From Eledone cirrhosa (lineage: Eukaryota), in assembly GCA_964016885.1 (NCBI GenBank), contig OZ024745.1:81468001-81532000 (forward strand): DNA of 64,000 nucleotides, read 5' to 3'. Position 1 is the first letter of the stretch. Each line of letters begins with the position of its first letter. The notes under the pieces are model-generated. The model was given only the letters and a program-made list of their open reading frames with translations. It made no database searches and was not told the origin of the DNA. Below, piece by piece: positions 40,530 to 53,445 of the stretch. The position numbers and the translations under genes are program-made.

Positions 40530-40662
40530 TAGAAGTGGTTACACAACAGTTAGTTCACCATACCGAGAACAATTGCTTCACCTTAGCGGATCTTCAGAAG
40601 ATCCGCTAAGGTGAAACAATTGTTCTCGGTATGGTGAACTAACTGTTGTGTAACGACTTCTA
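40530..40662. repeat. Near-perfect palindrome centred on a hammerhead core
   Basis: Centre GATCTTC-A-GAAGATC; arms read (CT)GAAGA-TCCGCTAAGGT-GAAAC-AATT-GTT. Confidence 0.85.
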
Positions 40663-40751
40663 TATATATATATATATAACCAAAAGTGAAACAAGGTTCA
40701 TTGATTAATCAATGAATATAGTTTTACAATAGATTAAAAGCAATAGATTAG

Positions 40752-40813
<62 letters not shown>

Positions 40814-40851
40814 TGGATGATGTCGATCGATTGGTTATTGATTAGGCGATA

Positions 40852-40961
40852 CCCGCTGATGAAGCAGCATAAGCCGATTGTGCATTGTTGCATAATATAT
40901 GCAGACAGATGGTGCAGTGCACCTTACTGCTGCATTAGTGCTGCAGAAACTCGAGTCCGGG
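40852..40961 (+). ncRNA. Type I hammerhead with ~70-nt stem II insertion
   Basis: CCCG-CTGATGA-A-GCAGCA...TGCTGC-A-GAAAC-TCGA-GTC^CGGG; downstream 40983-41112 recurs at 60188-60325. Confidence 0.82.
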
Positions 40962-41109
40962 AACCTTATAGGCACCCGATTTACGTGTGTTGTGTTGAGG
41001 CAAATAATTATGTGTATACTCTGGTAATGTATTTTACATTGCCCATTGAGTGCGCTGAGATACAACCGGTATTGGCATTGATAAATATGCTGGGTCCGTC
41101 AACCCTTAT

Positions 41110-41173
<64 letters not shown>

Positions 41174-42331
41174 CATAACTATTACTATTACTATGTATAT
41201 AAAGATTTGAACATGCACCTAATTTTTATATATATATACTTGCAAATTTATAGTAACAGTGAAAATAATTAGTTCATACAAAATAATTTATATTTAAAAA
41301 AAAGCAAGTGTCAGAGTCATGGTTGTCTCATTTGTTTCTGTAGTGACCGGTTGAGCATTGAGAATAACATTTTCAAGGTTACATTTGTTCTAGTGTTGTG
41401 TATTTTTAACACTTAACCCTTTAGTATTTACATTACTTTATATTTACTTTTGTATTTTCATGGTAAACACTTTATTTCACATAATTATCTCACATAATAT
41501 CGAACCTACGAGATTTTTATATTATCTAATTTGAGAACAATACCTTAACATCAGAACAAGCAGCCAGTTATGGCCGGTTTGAACAGATTGAGGTGAGAGA
41601 ATTCTGGCCGGATATGGCTGGTTTAAATGCTCTAGGGTTAAACCAAATTCAAGCCAAAGTTGAACTCGTCAGATGAGTTGAATTTAGCAAGTAAATATGT
41701 TGGCTTTCTTACGAAAAACAAAAACAAAAGAACTTCGGAAGGTGTCAAATCATTCAAATATTCTCTGTTACATCGATATGACGAGACGCCGGAAGCTACG
41801 AAGATGTTCTGATGCAGGAAAGCTACCATATTCTCTATTATATTTGTATCACCTGATGTAGGAAGCTGCTAAAAGGGCTCCAGATCAAATTATTACGAAA
41901 TCAAAAGGTACCTTAGCCATTCCATAATTAGGGATCAATGAAATATTTACCAGAGTGAAATATGTAGTGTGGTCAATATCTTCAACTAAACCCCCAAAAG
42001 TGGTGCCCCAGGTTGGCCACAGTCTAATTACAAAAATCTGTAAAAGTGGAAAAGAAGACACCTCTCTCTCTCTCTCTCTTCTGCTAAGTACATATACTCC
42101 CCCACTCTACTACTATGCACATATACCCCCCCCCCCCCACACACACACACACACTCTTCTGCTATGTACGTATACCCCCCACCCCCCACCCCTTCACGCA
42201 CACTTTCCCACTACTGCTATGTACGTGAATCTTTGAATGGAAAAATCGGTCAGTTTTGGTGTCAAGTGGGTTTTCATATGGATCAGCCTTCACAGATTTG
42301 TAAAAAATATGGTAACGAAAGGGTTAAGTAA

Positions 42332-42580
42332 TCATATTGATGGCCTCCTCACAGCCCCGGCGGACAGAATGGAGAAGGCGTTTCCCCGGAGGATGGTAAG
42401 GGAGATGCGCTGGAAGAGCCATTCCAACTCGCAAGGCTCACACCTGCGGTTGGCCAGCTCAGCGCCTATAGTGGTGAGTAGAGAAGTAGCCCTAGGGCCG
42501 AGGACACCAGAAGTCTCCACTGTCAAGGGTACGACCGCAAACCTGTCGGAGAGCGACCGGTATTTGGAGAGTTTGGCTCA
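42332..42580 (-). mobile_element. CRE-clade-like LINE C-terminal restriction-like endonuclease fragment
   Basis: AKLSKYRSLSDRFAVVPLTVETSGVLG...LFQRISLTILRGNAFSI (KxxKY, PxxxExxG and QRxS..RGNA motifs). Confidence 0.78.
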
Positions 42581-43385
42581 GCCAGGAAACTTACCGAGAC
42601 ATGGCGTAAAAAAGACATCATTCTATTTTGACGTAAATTCAAGTTCAGGATCGGATGACCTCCCAGCCACAAAATTTTATGCTCTCAGTTATTGAGAGAC
42701 GATTCTTGACGAACTATTTTACCTTTATTTAAGCAGTAAAACAAATGAAGACTTTGAATATGTTGGTAACCTGGGCACTGTTATATCAGCAGATGTTACA
42801 CAAGAAAAAAGAAAGAGCACTGGAAGGTACTGTCATAACTCAACTCTTTTTTCTTAAACGCTTGCATTGGGAACCTTTTCAAAACAGTTTAGTATTTAAA
42901 TAACTACAATGACACAAACGCTTGCCAAAAGGTCTATGAAACGTGATCAAAGTTTCCCTTGAACCATTTAAAAAGTATCTAAATGAATTTTTCTTAAGAA
43001 AAGTAGAGCAAATTTCACCAATTAGCTGATCCATCAATTAGATATGCTGAAAAACCCATTGATCTACTGAATCTGTGGACATTAACAGACATGTCACACA
43101 CAACAGAGAACATTCAGCCCTAAAGGCATGACCTTAAACGTGATCAATAAAATATACTATGGGATTAAATCTCTCTTCCTTATCAGCCAGTCTCTGAACA
43201 ATGTGTGTTTATGATTTACGTATAAACACACATCATACGGAAATCATAAACACACAGATATTCATCTTTCTATGGAACTGGATTCATGGTGGAATCGTAG
43301 GGACACAATTGTATACGGCGTGCTTTGGACATTGAAACCTGGCGAATCCATCTGCTCTCCAGGCCCAAACACAGACGACTTCTTC

Positions 43386-43470
<85 letters not shown>

Positions 43471-43697
43471 GGGAAGTAAGAAAAAGGCGTAGAGGAAGAA
43501 TGCTGAAATACTGAAATAATACTTTATTTATCGACTTCGAAAGGATGAAAGGTAAAGTTGACCTCAGCAGAATTTGAACTCAAACTACAGAGAGCCGGCA
43601 TGATATCGTAGGACTCTTCTCCCGATGATCCTTCGATGAGTAAGTGGACGAAGAAGAAGAAGAATTAATCTCTTTCTCCCCAGTTCCGCCACCCCTG

Positions 43698-43734
<37 letters not shown>

Positions 43735-43736
<2 letters not shown>

Positions 43737-44736
43737 TACGATTTCACAGAACTTACGTTCACCGAATTCACAGACTAGATCCCTTCTTCCTCCCGTTAGA
43801 CCTGTACGGAATTCCTTCCTTGCTCACATTCCAACCAGGTTTGATGGTCTTTATTCTCTCTCGTTCACGATTTCACCGAATTTATATTCATGGAAATTTG
43901 GGACTTGACTCCTTCTTCCTCACTTTTCGTTGCTTCACCATCTTTGTTTGTTTACACTCTCGTGTCCCCTTTATTTACGTGTCCCAACGACTTTTTTTAG
44001 CCGTTGCTCGCACCAACCGGAGGTATATGGTCTTTAAAGCGATGAAATATCAATGATGGTTGGAAGATCACTGATGAAGGACTAACTTTATTCATATGTA
44101 ACCCATTAACAACCACGCAGCACGTTTATACTCATATTTACACATATTTTTTACCCCGCTATGACCCGTCTATTTCGTTCTTACTGCTTCCTCTTTCTCT
44201 GTATCTTTACCCTCTCTAACAATCACTCTCTCTGTTAGCCTCTTCCTCACCCTTCACTCACTCATTCTCTGTTACTACCTCTCCTCCTCCTCCTCCTTCT
44301 TCCCGTTTGACCTGTGCGTAATTCTTTTCTTTCGCACCCTTGTTCAGGCAGGTCGCTTTTTTTCTCTCTCTCGTCTACGATTTCACAGAACTCACGTTCA
44401 CCGAATTCACAGACTAGATCCCTTCTTCCTCCCGTTAGACCTGTACGGAATTCCTTCCTTGCTCACATTCCAACCAGGTTTGATGGTCTTTATTCTCTCT
44501 CGTTCACGATTTCACCGAATTTATATTCATGGAAATTTGAGACTTGACTCCTTCTTCCTTACTTTTCGTTGCTTCACCATCTTTGTTTGTTTACACTCTC
44601 GTGTCCCCTTTATTTACGTGTCCCAACGACTTTTTTTAGCTGTTGCTCGCACCAACCGGAGGTATATGGTCTTTAAAGCGATGAAATACCAATGATGGTT
44701 GGAAGATCACTGATGAAGGACTAACTTTATTCATAT
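43735..44736. repeat. Partial tandem repeat (period ~639) between (TA)n tracts, pLTR-like
   Basis: 43735-44097 nearly identical to 44374-44736. Confidence 0.85.
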
Positions 44737-44752
44737 ATATATATATATATAT

Positions 44753-45462
44753 ATAAATGTAAGTATGTATATATACATACATATATGTATACATACATAC
44801 ATACATATATGTATACAGACGTACAGTAGTATGTATATATATACATACATGCACACATATATATATTTACGCATGGCTTTACCGAACATTTATTATAATG
44901 TTCGGTTTGTTTGTAAACAAACAGCCCGAATTACGCCGTACAGTGTTCGGCAACCATCGTCGCCCTTTTGTTCAACACTGACACAGGAACGATGTACTAG
45001 TTTCAAGCTTATTAGCTATCGTCAGCATCGTATACCTTCCTATCAGATGATTGAACGTTTGAAAGTATATACTTTCCTTATGCATATTAACGGCTGAGCA
45101 GCCTAATTTGCATATCGAGTGAGTTAATCGGCCGGGCGTACCGAAAACGATAAATGGAAATGAATGAAACGAAATTTCATTTCTCACTCTTAGTACGGCT
45201 GATACTTAAATGTAAGTATGTATATGAACACTGTATACGAACACTGTACAGCGTAATTCGGGCTGTGTGTTTACAAACAAACCGAACATTATAATAAATG
45301 TTCGGTAAAGCCATACGTACATATATATATATGTGTGCATGTATGTATATACATACTACTGTACGTCTGTATACATATATATATGTACGTATACATACTT
45401 ACATTTAAGTATCAGCCGTACTAAGAGTGAGAAATGAAATTTCGTTTCATTCTTTTCCATTT
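44753..45462. repeat. Nested inverted duplications
   Basis: 44753-44947 inverted at ~45243-45405; 45155-45225 inverted at ~45395-45462. Confidence 0.8.
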
Positions 45463-45492
45463 ATATATATATATATATATATACATAATACA

Positions 45493-46088
45493 TGTATTTT
45501 AAAGTGCCCAGGATCTCCTCTCCTTTGAGCACATTATTTACAGGGAACGACGGGAGTCTATGGCTCCGTTAATGTATCGTGATATTTCGCTCTTTATAAC
45601 AGTCTTTCCTCTTTCTCTGTTTGTTTGAGCACACTTCTCTGAGTGATTTGGGGCTGCCCTTTCTAGCAGCTCGTCCCTCAGAGACCACTGGTTCACTGCC
45701 CTTAAACACGCTGTGACTTCTCTCTCCCACGTGTAGTTGGATGGTCGCTTATGGCCTAACACACGCTGATGAACCTGGGTTATTTCATTTCTCTCAACAA
45801 CTTACTGGCGAAACAGATCACTTTGGATTTGTACGTGGGTTATATAGTTATAGAGGTATTTATTTACGCTTTAATTTATATTTTTAATTATCGTGTCTAT
45901 ATTCTGCCTTTCATAGGTTATAGATTCCATACACTGGTGGTTTTTCCCTGTTTTATTGATGGCGCACTGTATCTCTCACTAGTGTGGTACCTTTTCATCA
46001 TATTGTATTTTAAAGTGCCCAGGATCTCCTCTCCTTTGAGCACATTATTTACAGGGAACGGCGAGAGTCTATGGCTCCGTTAATGTAT

Positions 46089-46095
<7 letters not shown>
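45493..46095 (+). mobile_element. Non-coding hammerhead element: 511-bp monomer plus ~90-bp terminal repeat
   Basis: 45493-45584 repeated at 46004-46095; internal hammerhead; (TA)n flanks. Confidence 0.82.
45757..45842 (+). ncRNA. Type I hammerhead ribozyme with stable stem III
   Basis: CACG-CTGATGA-ACC..GGC-GAAAC-AGATC(ACTTTG)GATTT-GTA^CGTG. Confidence 0.82.
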
Positions 46096-46163
<68 letters not shown>

Positions 46164-46182
46164 CATACATACATATATATAT

Positions 46183-46309
<127 letters not shown>

Positions 46310-46480
46310 AATTAATATATATATATATATATATATTAATTTAAAAAGAATTATGCATTGTATCCTTTCCTCGCATTTGGTAAGAAACTGGTATTATACC
46401 CAATTTATTCATCTTCTACGTGTATTCATCACCTACATGTATATATTTATTCATCTCCTACATGTATCATCACCATCTTA

Positions 46481-46715
46481 ATCATCATCATCATCATCAC
46501 TTTACGTCCGCTTTTCCCAGCTTCCAAGGGTTGGACGGATCCTATTCAGCACAGCATCTCTCCACTTGTCACGATCCTTCATCTTCTCCGTGAGCTTCAG
46601 CGATCTGAGGTCCGCTCTCACCACCCCCGCCCATGTTATTCGTGGTCTTCCTCTACTGCGTCTTCCTTCTACTGGGGTTTCTTGAGACTTCTTTACCCAA
46701 CGGTCATCCTCGATG
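46481..46715 (-). mobile_element. RTE LINE 3' end with (GAT)n tail
   Basis: VEGRRSRGRPRITW...MKDRDKWR. Confidence 0.78.
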
Positions 46716-46859
46716 CATATATATATATATGCAAAATTGAAAAAGTGGAGAATAACATGGTCAACAGTACAAAAAAGGGGATTTATTTACAGTTTAATTT
46801 ACAGTCATCTACGTAAACCTCTTATTGAGTCAAACAAAGCCGTACGCTAAAACTATCCA

Positions 46860-47130
46860 TAATTGTTTCTACGTTTGGTACAAGGCCAGCAATTACCCAG
46901 TGCATTACTGGTACTTTATTTTATCGATCCCGTAAGGATGAAAGGCAAAGTTAACCTCGGCGGGATTTGAACTCAGAATGGCAAGGGCCGTAACTCTATG
47001 CGTCAAAGCATGGCGTCCGACCCTCTACTGCCAATCCACCGCCCTATTGTAATAATTGTTTCTACTTTTTGGCACAAGGCCAGCAATTACCCAGTACATT
47101 ACTGGTACTTTATTTTATCGACCCCGTAAG
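46860..47130 (-). mobile_element. tRNA-SINE (46860-47045) plus partial second copy (47052-47130)
   Basis: Family core. Confidence 0.88.
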
Positions 47131-47269
47131 GCTAAGAAGTATTCACAACCTCTAGCTGGATTACCTATAACGATATTTTGTTATCCTTATATATATATGC
47201 ATTCATTTATTATGGCTATTGGTGAGTTATGTTACACTAAAGTTTCACCTGCGCACTCACAGGATCACC

Positions 47270-47324
47270 AGCCTTGTCTGATGGCCCTGTGAGTACGCAG
47301 GTGAAACTCCAGAGTAACAAGGCT
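47270..47324 (+). ncRNA. Hammerhead (A9->G core variant) at the apex of palindrome 47208-47341
   Basis: AGCCTTGT-CTGATGG-C-CCTGTG(AGTA)CGCAGG-T-GAAAC-TCCAGA-GTA^ACAAGGCT. Confidence 0.75.
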
Positions 47325-47404
47325 CACCAATAGCCATAATATATGAAAATTTAAACTCTACTTCCATATTGAGTTTTCATTCTTACGTCCGTCAATAATT
47401 CACG

Positions 47405-47770
47405 TACTCTCAGGTCTTGAATAATGCGTCCCCCCCTCCTCCAGTTTATTAATTTATTAGACCCCCCCAGCCCCGCCCCGCACATTTTCATTCCACCCCT
47501 CCTCGCTTATTAAATTTACTAATCTATCTCCGGCGAAATTTTATTTTATCATAAAGTGATTCATATTGATACAGCAGCAGGAGAACCTAATAATAATTTT
47601 ATTTTACATTAAAAATACTTTATATATGACAAAAGAACATTACAAGAAATCCCATATTTACGAACGTATACTATACAGTTACCGATTCCCCATCCCATGC
47701 TTATAAAAATTTAAGCAAATGTCACCCACTGCTTGTTCCAACCCCTCCTATTTTTTGGGACTCGAGAGTA
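47405..47770 (+). mobile_element. MITE-like repeat preceding the minisatellite
   Basis: Ends TACTCTCAGGTCTTGAATAAT / ATTTTTTGGGACTCGAGAGTA (TA-flanked, Tc1/mariner-like). Confidence 0.78.
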
Positions 47771-48010
47771 CCACCAAACTCCCCTCCTCTCTATGTCTAT
47801 GACATAACACTCTCTTTTAATACCCCTCTCTATATACATCCACCAAATTTCCCCCTCTCTTTATCTAACACTAACATACCCACCCCCTCTATATCTACTT
47901 CACGGAACTCTCTTCCAATCCCCCTCTCTATATCAATTAACACCAAACTCTCCCCCTCTCTATATCTACTACACGGAACTCTCTTCCAACTCCCATCTCT
48001 ATATCAATTA
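47771..48010. repeat. Same ~60-bp minisatellite; resumes at 53685-53805
   Basis: CCCCTCTCTATATC subunits. Confidence 0.9.
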
Positions 48011-48211
48011 CCACTTGATATAGACGTGATTTACTTTGCTCCGGATTTTTACGGATTGTTGTAAAAAAAAACTGTGAGTTTATTGATCAATTTAATAACA
48101 TTGTTTGGTTTAGCGCCTTGCCTTGGCCGTCAGACGTTAAGTCAACAAATTTTCGCCACTTTCTGGGGCAAAATTTTCAATTTTCATCTAAAAACTGTAG
48201 ACTTGGTGGCA

Positions 48212-49978
48212 ATGGATGCCATTTCCACCTCGCACACTGTCGCAAGTGCCACGCCCACTAAGAAAAGTGGTGGAGGGAAGGTAGGAGTACAAAGCTTGCA
48301 GCCGTCCCCCCTCGTATCATCGAAAAACGTTGAAAATATCGAAACCGCGAAACGAAACCCGGTAAATAATACCAGCACCAACAACAAGAACGATGACAAC
48401 AACACCACAACCAACAACTGCAACAATAGCAACACCAATATTACCAACAGTGACAGTAACACGAAAGACAACAACACCAAAACAACATTTGCACAGACCG
48501 TAAAAAAAAACGAACTATACACGCCAATAGACATAACAAATGCTAAACAACTATTACAAGACGCAAAACAATTCGTGACTTTTGGCGAAAACGGTGCTTT
48601 TAGCATCAATTCTCCACAGGAATTACGTAGAGGGGCTGTCCTGAAAACTGTGGTTTTCAGGACAATATCGAACGTAACAAGAAAACCAGCTCAATTATCA
48701 CAAAATGAAATTGAGCTGGTTCTAAAAGACGCAATGAAGGACTTAACCTTCATACAAAAAGGTAAACTGTTTGGTAGCATTTCCGTGCTGATGAACAACC
48801 ATTCAACAGCTCAAAAGTACTCGATAGCACCCATTGTGTCGTCCCGCTTCACCTTTTACCCCACATACAAGGGAAAAAGGACACAAAGAATAAAAATCAT
48901 GAGTATCACACCAAATGTAAACATTTGGTGGATACTATGTGGAATAATAAACTTTGACGAAGACAAGATAATTTCAATAGGAAAGTCCTCCGGAGGTGTA
49001 TTTGGTGGGACCAGCGTAGAAGTTCTGGTGCAAATGAGCCCAGAACGAATAGCGAATATCCCACAACGCGTGCCTCTGGACGGGATAACTTATATAAACA
49101 TTTCAGTGGAGGGAAGGCAGCCGTCATGTTACCACTGCTTAAGCAGGGGTCACCTGAGGGCTGCCTGTCCTCAATTAACGAGTAAAAAAAAAAATCTCTT
49201 CTGCCAACCCCCAACACAACAACACAACCACCACCACCACCACCACAACAACACGGAAAAATAACAACACAAAACACTGTTCCACCTAACCCCTCCCCAC
49301 CTAAAACAAATACAAAAGCAACCACAACAAAACCCCAAAATATACCCCTCCCCAACAACACGGAAGAGGACTCCGTATCAACGTCACCCAGTGACGACGA
49401 GGGAGAACCCTATAAACAGGTGAAAAGGAAACAAAAAGGCACCACATTAACAAAAATGCCACAAACACACAACCACCAGCACAAACAGAACAAACATCAC
49501 AAATAAAAAACCCACCCCTCCCCAAAACATAACACGTACTACAAAACGCAAACACGCGCAAGAACAACAAACAAAAACAAACTCAACACAACAAAAACTC
49601 TATACATACATTAACAAGAACAATAAAACGTTGATGAAAGCGATAGAAAATAACCCTTCGGTGGAAACCGAAGAGATCACTTTCACCTACGCAGCGAACA
49701 AACCGCACCTAATGATGATTAGGGTCCCAACGGAAACCTATGTAACTTTGAAAAAGAACCATCCAATGCATGTGGGGACCAACTGCACCAAACCACATAA
49801 CAGCGTCCTATTGAGATGTTTCCCCACCCCCACACCAGACACCCACACCCCACCAAACACCCTAATCCCACCACACACTGATGTCCTCACCCCACCACAA
49901 ACCACCACCCCACCAAACAACCCTTCCAACACCCCCATGGAAATTGTGCAGCCTGGTCCCCAGGTGACCAAGAGGTAA
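48212..49978 (+). pseudogene. ORF1p with frameshifts in homopolymer runs
   Basis: CYHCLSRGHLRAAC; C-terminal piece 49631-49978. Confidence 0.88.
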
Positions 49979-50020
49979 GTAATTTCCTTTCCTCTTCCTT
50001 TTTACCTCTTCAGCACCAAC

Positions 50021-53000
50021 ATGGCCAGTATAAGAGTTGGATGTGTGAATGCACGCGGCCTGGAAACAGGGAAAACTCTTAATTGACCTCAGGTCGCACA
50101 GAGTGGATGTAATGGTTATTTGCGAGTCTAGGATCAGCAGCGAGCGCCAACTGGCCCCCATCTTCGACAACTTTGAGATCTACGCATCTCTCTGTCAGCC
50201 GAGGGGTGGGGTGGGGTTGTCGTTCTGCTGCGAAAATACCTGGGTCTTGCCACACAGAAGGTACACCTGGACCCGGAGGGTCGACTGGTGGTTTTAGACG
50301 TCGGCAGTGGTGAAGGTGGAGCTTTCAGGCTGGTGGCAGCGTATGCCCCATCTGGGACACCGCGACCGGACTTCTTCCGACGCCTGGAGAATTTCCTGGG
50401 AACGTCTCGCTCCTTGCTTTTAGTGGGGGACTGGAATGGTATCCTGGATGCACGTTGGGACTATGTAGGGGCATGTGCCGATAGAGGGGGGTGTAACAGC
50501 CTCAAACGATTAATCAGCCGATTTGATCTGGCCGATAGATATCGACTAGATTTTCCGACTGTGCCACTGTGGACGTGGACTAATCTCAGCGGAACATCTA
50601 GGTCGTACCTAGATAGGTTCCTAGTTAGAAATAAGGATAGGGACATATTAAGCTGTCCACGAATGTTCATGGTTGACTATTCGGATCACAAGTTGTTGAC
50701 CGGAGTGGTCAACCTTGATAGAACTCATAGACAGGGACCCGTTTACTGGAAGCTAAACTTGTCTTTACCGACAAACAAAGCTTACAGTAAGCGGATTAGC
50801 ACACTAGTTAAGCAGCGTTTGATGGGGGCAATTGTCAACAGCAGGTGGTGGGGCTCTCTCAAGAGAGAAATTAGAATAGAATCGATAGGTTTTAGTCGGG
50901 AATTAGCATCAGATAGGAATAGAACTGAAAGGGAATTAATAAATAGAGTACAAGAGGCGATTAGGAGTGGCAACGTGGCCGGGGTGCTGGCGTCAAGAAC
51001 GGCCCTAGACCAGTTCTTTGATGCGAAGCACGAGGGCTGCGTTGTCAGGAGTAAAATACGTGCTCTGGGTAACGAGGGAGCCAAAGCTGTTAGCTGGGCC
51101 CGTGTGACAGAAGCAAAAAGTGGAAACAAGTCCACGATTCGGTCTTTGAAGGACCAGGATGGACGCGTGATCCTTGAACCTGAGCGGATGAGCGCGGCCT
51201 TTCAACGGCGCTTTGCACGACTGTTCGGGAGGGGCGGCGGGCCGGGTGGGGCCCTGGAATTCGGTCCATACCTCGACGGTCTGGCGCGGCTCTCGTACGG
51301 GGAGGCGAAGTCCTGCGAGGGGCCGATTTCAGCCGCTGAAATAGGGGAAGCGCTGAGCCAATGCGGCAAATGCAAATCTCCGGGTCTCGATGATCTACCA
51401 TACGAACTTTATGTAGCGATGCCGGGCTTGTTCTCCGGTCTCCTCGAGGCGGTCTACTGCAACTGGCAACAGAACGGGAGAATTCCCAGTTCTGTGACCA
51501 AGGGCGTAGTCACGCTGGTGAGGAAGGACGAGAACAAGGGGGATGACATAGATAACTTCAGGCCCATAACTCTGCTAAACACAGAGTTAAAAATTTTGGC
51601 CAAGGTGTTAGCGAAGAGGTTGGCGCTTGTCGTCGGGAACCTGGTGGGAGAAGCGCAGACATGCGCAATCCCGTCCAGGTCAATTCACGACAACCTCCAC
51701 TTCATGCGATACATCGTAGAGAGTGTATGGAACGAACCCGGCTTTGGTGGGGCACTGATCAACTTGGATCAATCTAAGGCGTTCGATAGGGTTGACCATC
51801 GGTACCTGGATGCGGTGCTCGCGGCGGCAGGCTTCGGACCCGTTTTCAGAGGTTGGATTGCTGCAATGCACAGCAGCAACACCTGCTCGAGGGTCAAGGT
51901 GAACGGCTACCTCTCGGAGCCGTTCCAAATCACGCGATCCATCCGACAGGGATGCCCTCTCTCCTCCCTCCTGTATATGCTGGCTCTCGAGCCACTACTG
52001 AGGAAGCTGGAGCTGTTGCAGGGCATCCCGTTGGAACCGGGATTGCGGAAAGCGGTGTCGGCCTACGCCGATGACGTGACAGTAATCGTGTCGTGCGCCT
52101 CGGAAATCGGGCAGATCGGCACCTTACTGGAGGAATATGAAAGGTTCACAGGAGCCAAGCTGAACCGGGACAAGTCCGTCGGTTTGCAACTCGGGACGTG
52201 GAGGGGAAAAACGATGCCCTCCGACGGCATCGTCGGACGCTGGACGGAGGGACCGGTGAAGCTGCTCGGGGTCTGGTTCGGCCGGACCTCCAGGTGGAGA
52301 AAAACTGGGACGAGGTAACGGGAAAGGTCTTTGCACTCGCCCAGAAGTGGGCCGAGTGCAAACTATCCCTGAAAGGTCGAGCGGAGATGGCGAACGCTTA
52401 TATAGCGTCCGTCATCTACTACCGCTTGACCGTCGTGCCTTGCCCAGAGAAAACACTCGCCAAAATGGAGCGCGCGCTCTTCCGATTTCTTTGGAAGAAG
52501 CGGGCTCCTTTGGTGAGAAGATCCATCTGCTGTCAACACCCTTCGAACGGAGGGCTGGGGATGTCGTGGCTGACGATGCGTAGACACGCATTAAGGCTAC
52601 GGCACCTCCAGGTATTCCTCACCGGTTAGCCGGTGTGGGCCCTGTCTGTGAGGCGAGCCTTTCCGAGACTCGTCTCACTCACCGAGCTGCAATCCTGGGT
52701 CAAGCAAAGACCGAGAAAAGTGGGCGACTGGCACATTGAATGTGCCCAGGCGCTCACGGCCCTCTGGCAAGCGGATCCGGCAATCAGTGGAGACTCAACC
52801 TCAACATTCTATAGAGGGTTGGTGCGCAGTAAGTGCGACGACGCTCTCGGAGAGGCTCTGGGCATGGAGGAAGACGAGCTGGCCAGTCTGTTCGGTAGGA
52901 CGTTTGGCCCGGGACCGATGGACAACTTCCAAAAGTCCCTGGCTTGGCAATGTTTCCGAGGATCTCTACCCGTTCGGGACAAGCTCTACAGACACGGGCG

Positions 53001-53445
53001 CCCGGGTAGGGACCCCTCGAAGAAGATCTGTCCGAGATGCGTGCGTGACGAGGAAACCGTCGCACACGCATTCGTACACTGCCCGGGCGTTGCTGACCTG
53101 TGGGGCTATGTGGAACGACTACTGTCGCGGGTGGGACCAATCCGGTTGACCACCGAGAACATTGTCACGATCAAACCGCCTCCCCCATTCAAAAACAAAG
53201 GAGAGGCGGTTTTCCTCTGTGTGATAGCTATGGCGAAAGAAGTTGTATGGTGGACAAGGTTGAAAGGGTTGAGGTCAGACACCTTTCTCTCCGGCCAACA
53301 ACTGGTCTTTTTTTTCAAGTACCACTTTAGAAGAAGGATCAGAATGGAGAGAGAGGTGCTCTACCCCAGCAAGTTTTATGAAAGATGGGTGAAAGTAGCG
53401 AGAATGGCCCAAGTGAATGGGCCTTCTCTCTATATCAGCCTGTAG
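50021..53445 (+). pseudogene. ORF2p APE-RT-CCHC, disrupted
   Basis: 676-aa core ORF; small deletion at ~50058, frameshifts at ~50205 and ~52282, TAG at 52627. Confidence 0.93.

Noticed and set aside
42237-42695. 152-aa plus-strand ORF
   Set aside because: Antisense to the CRE-like endonuclease fragment.
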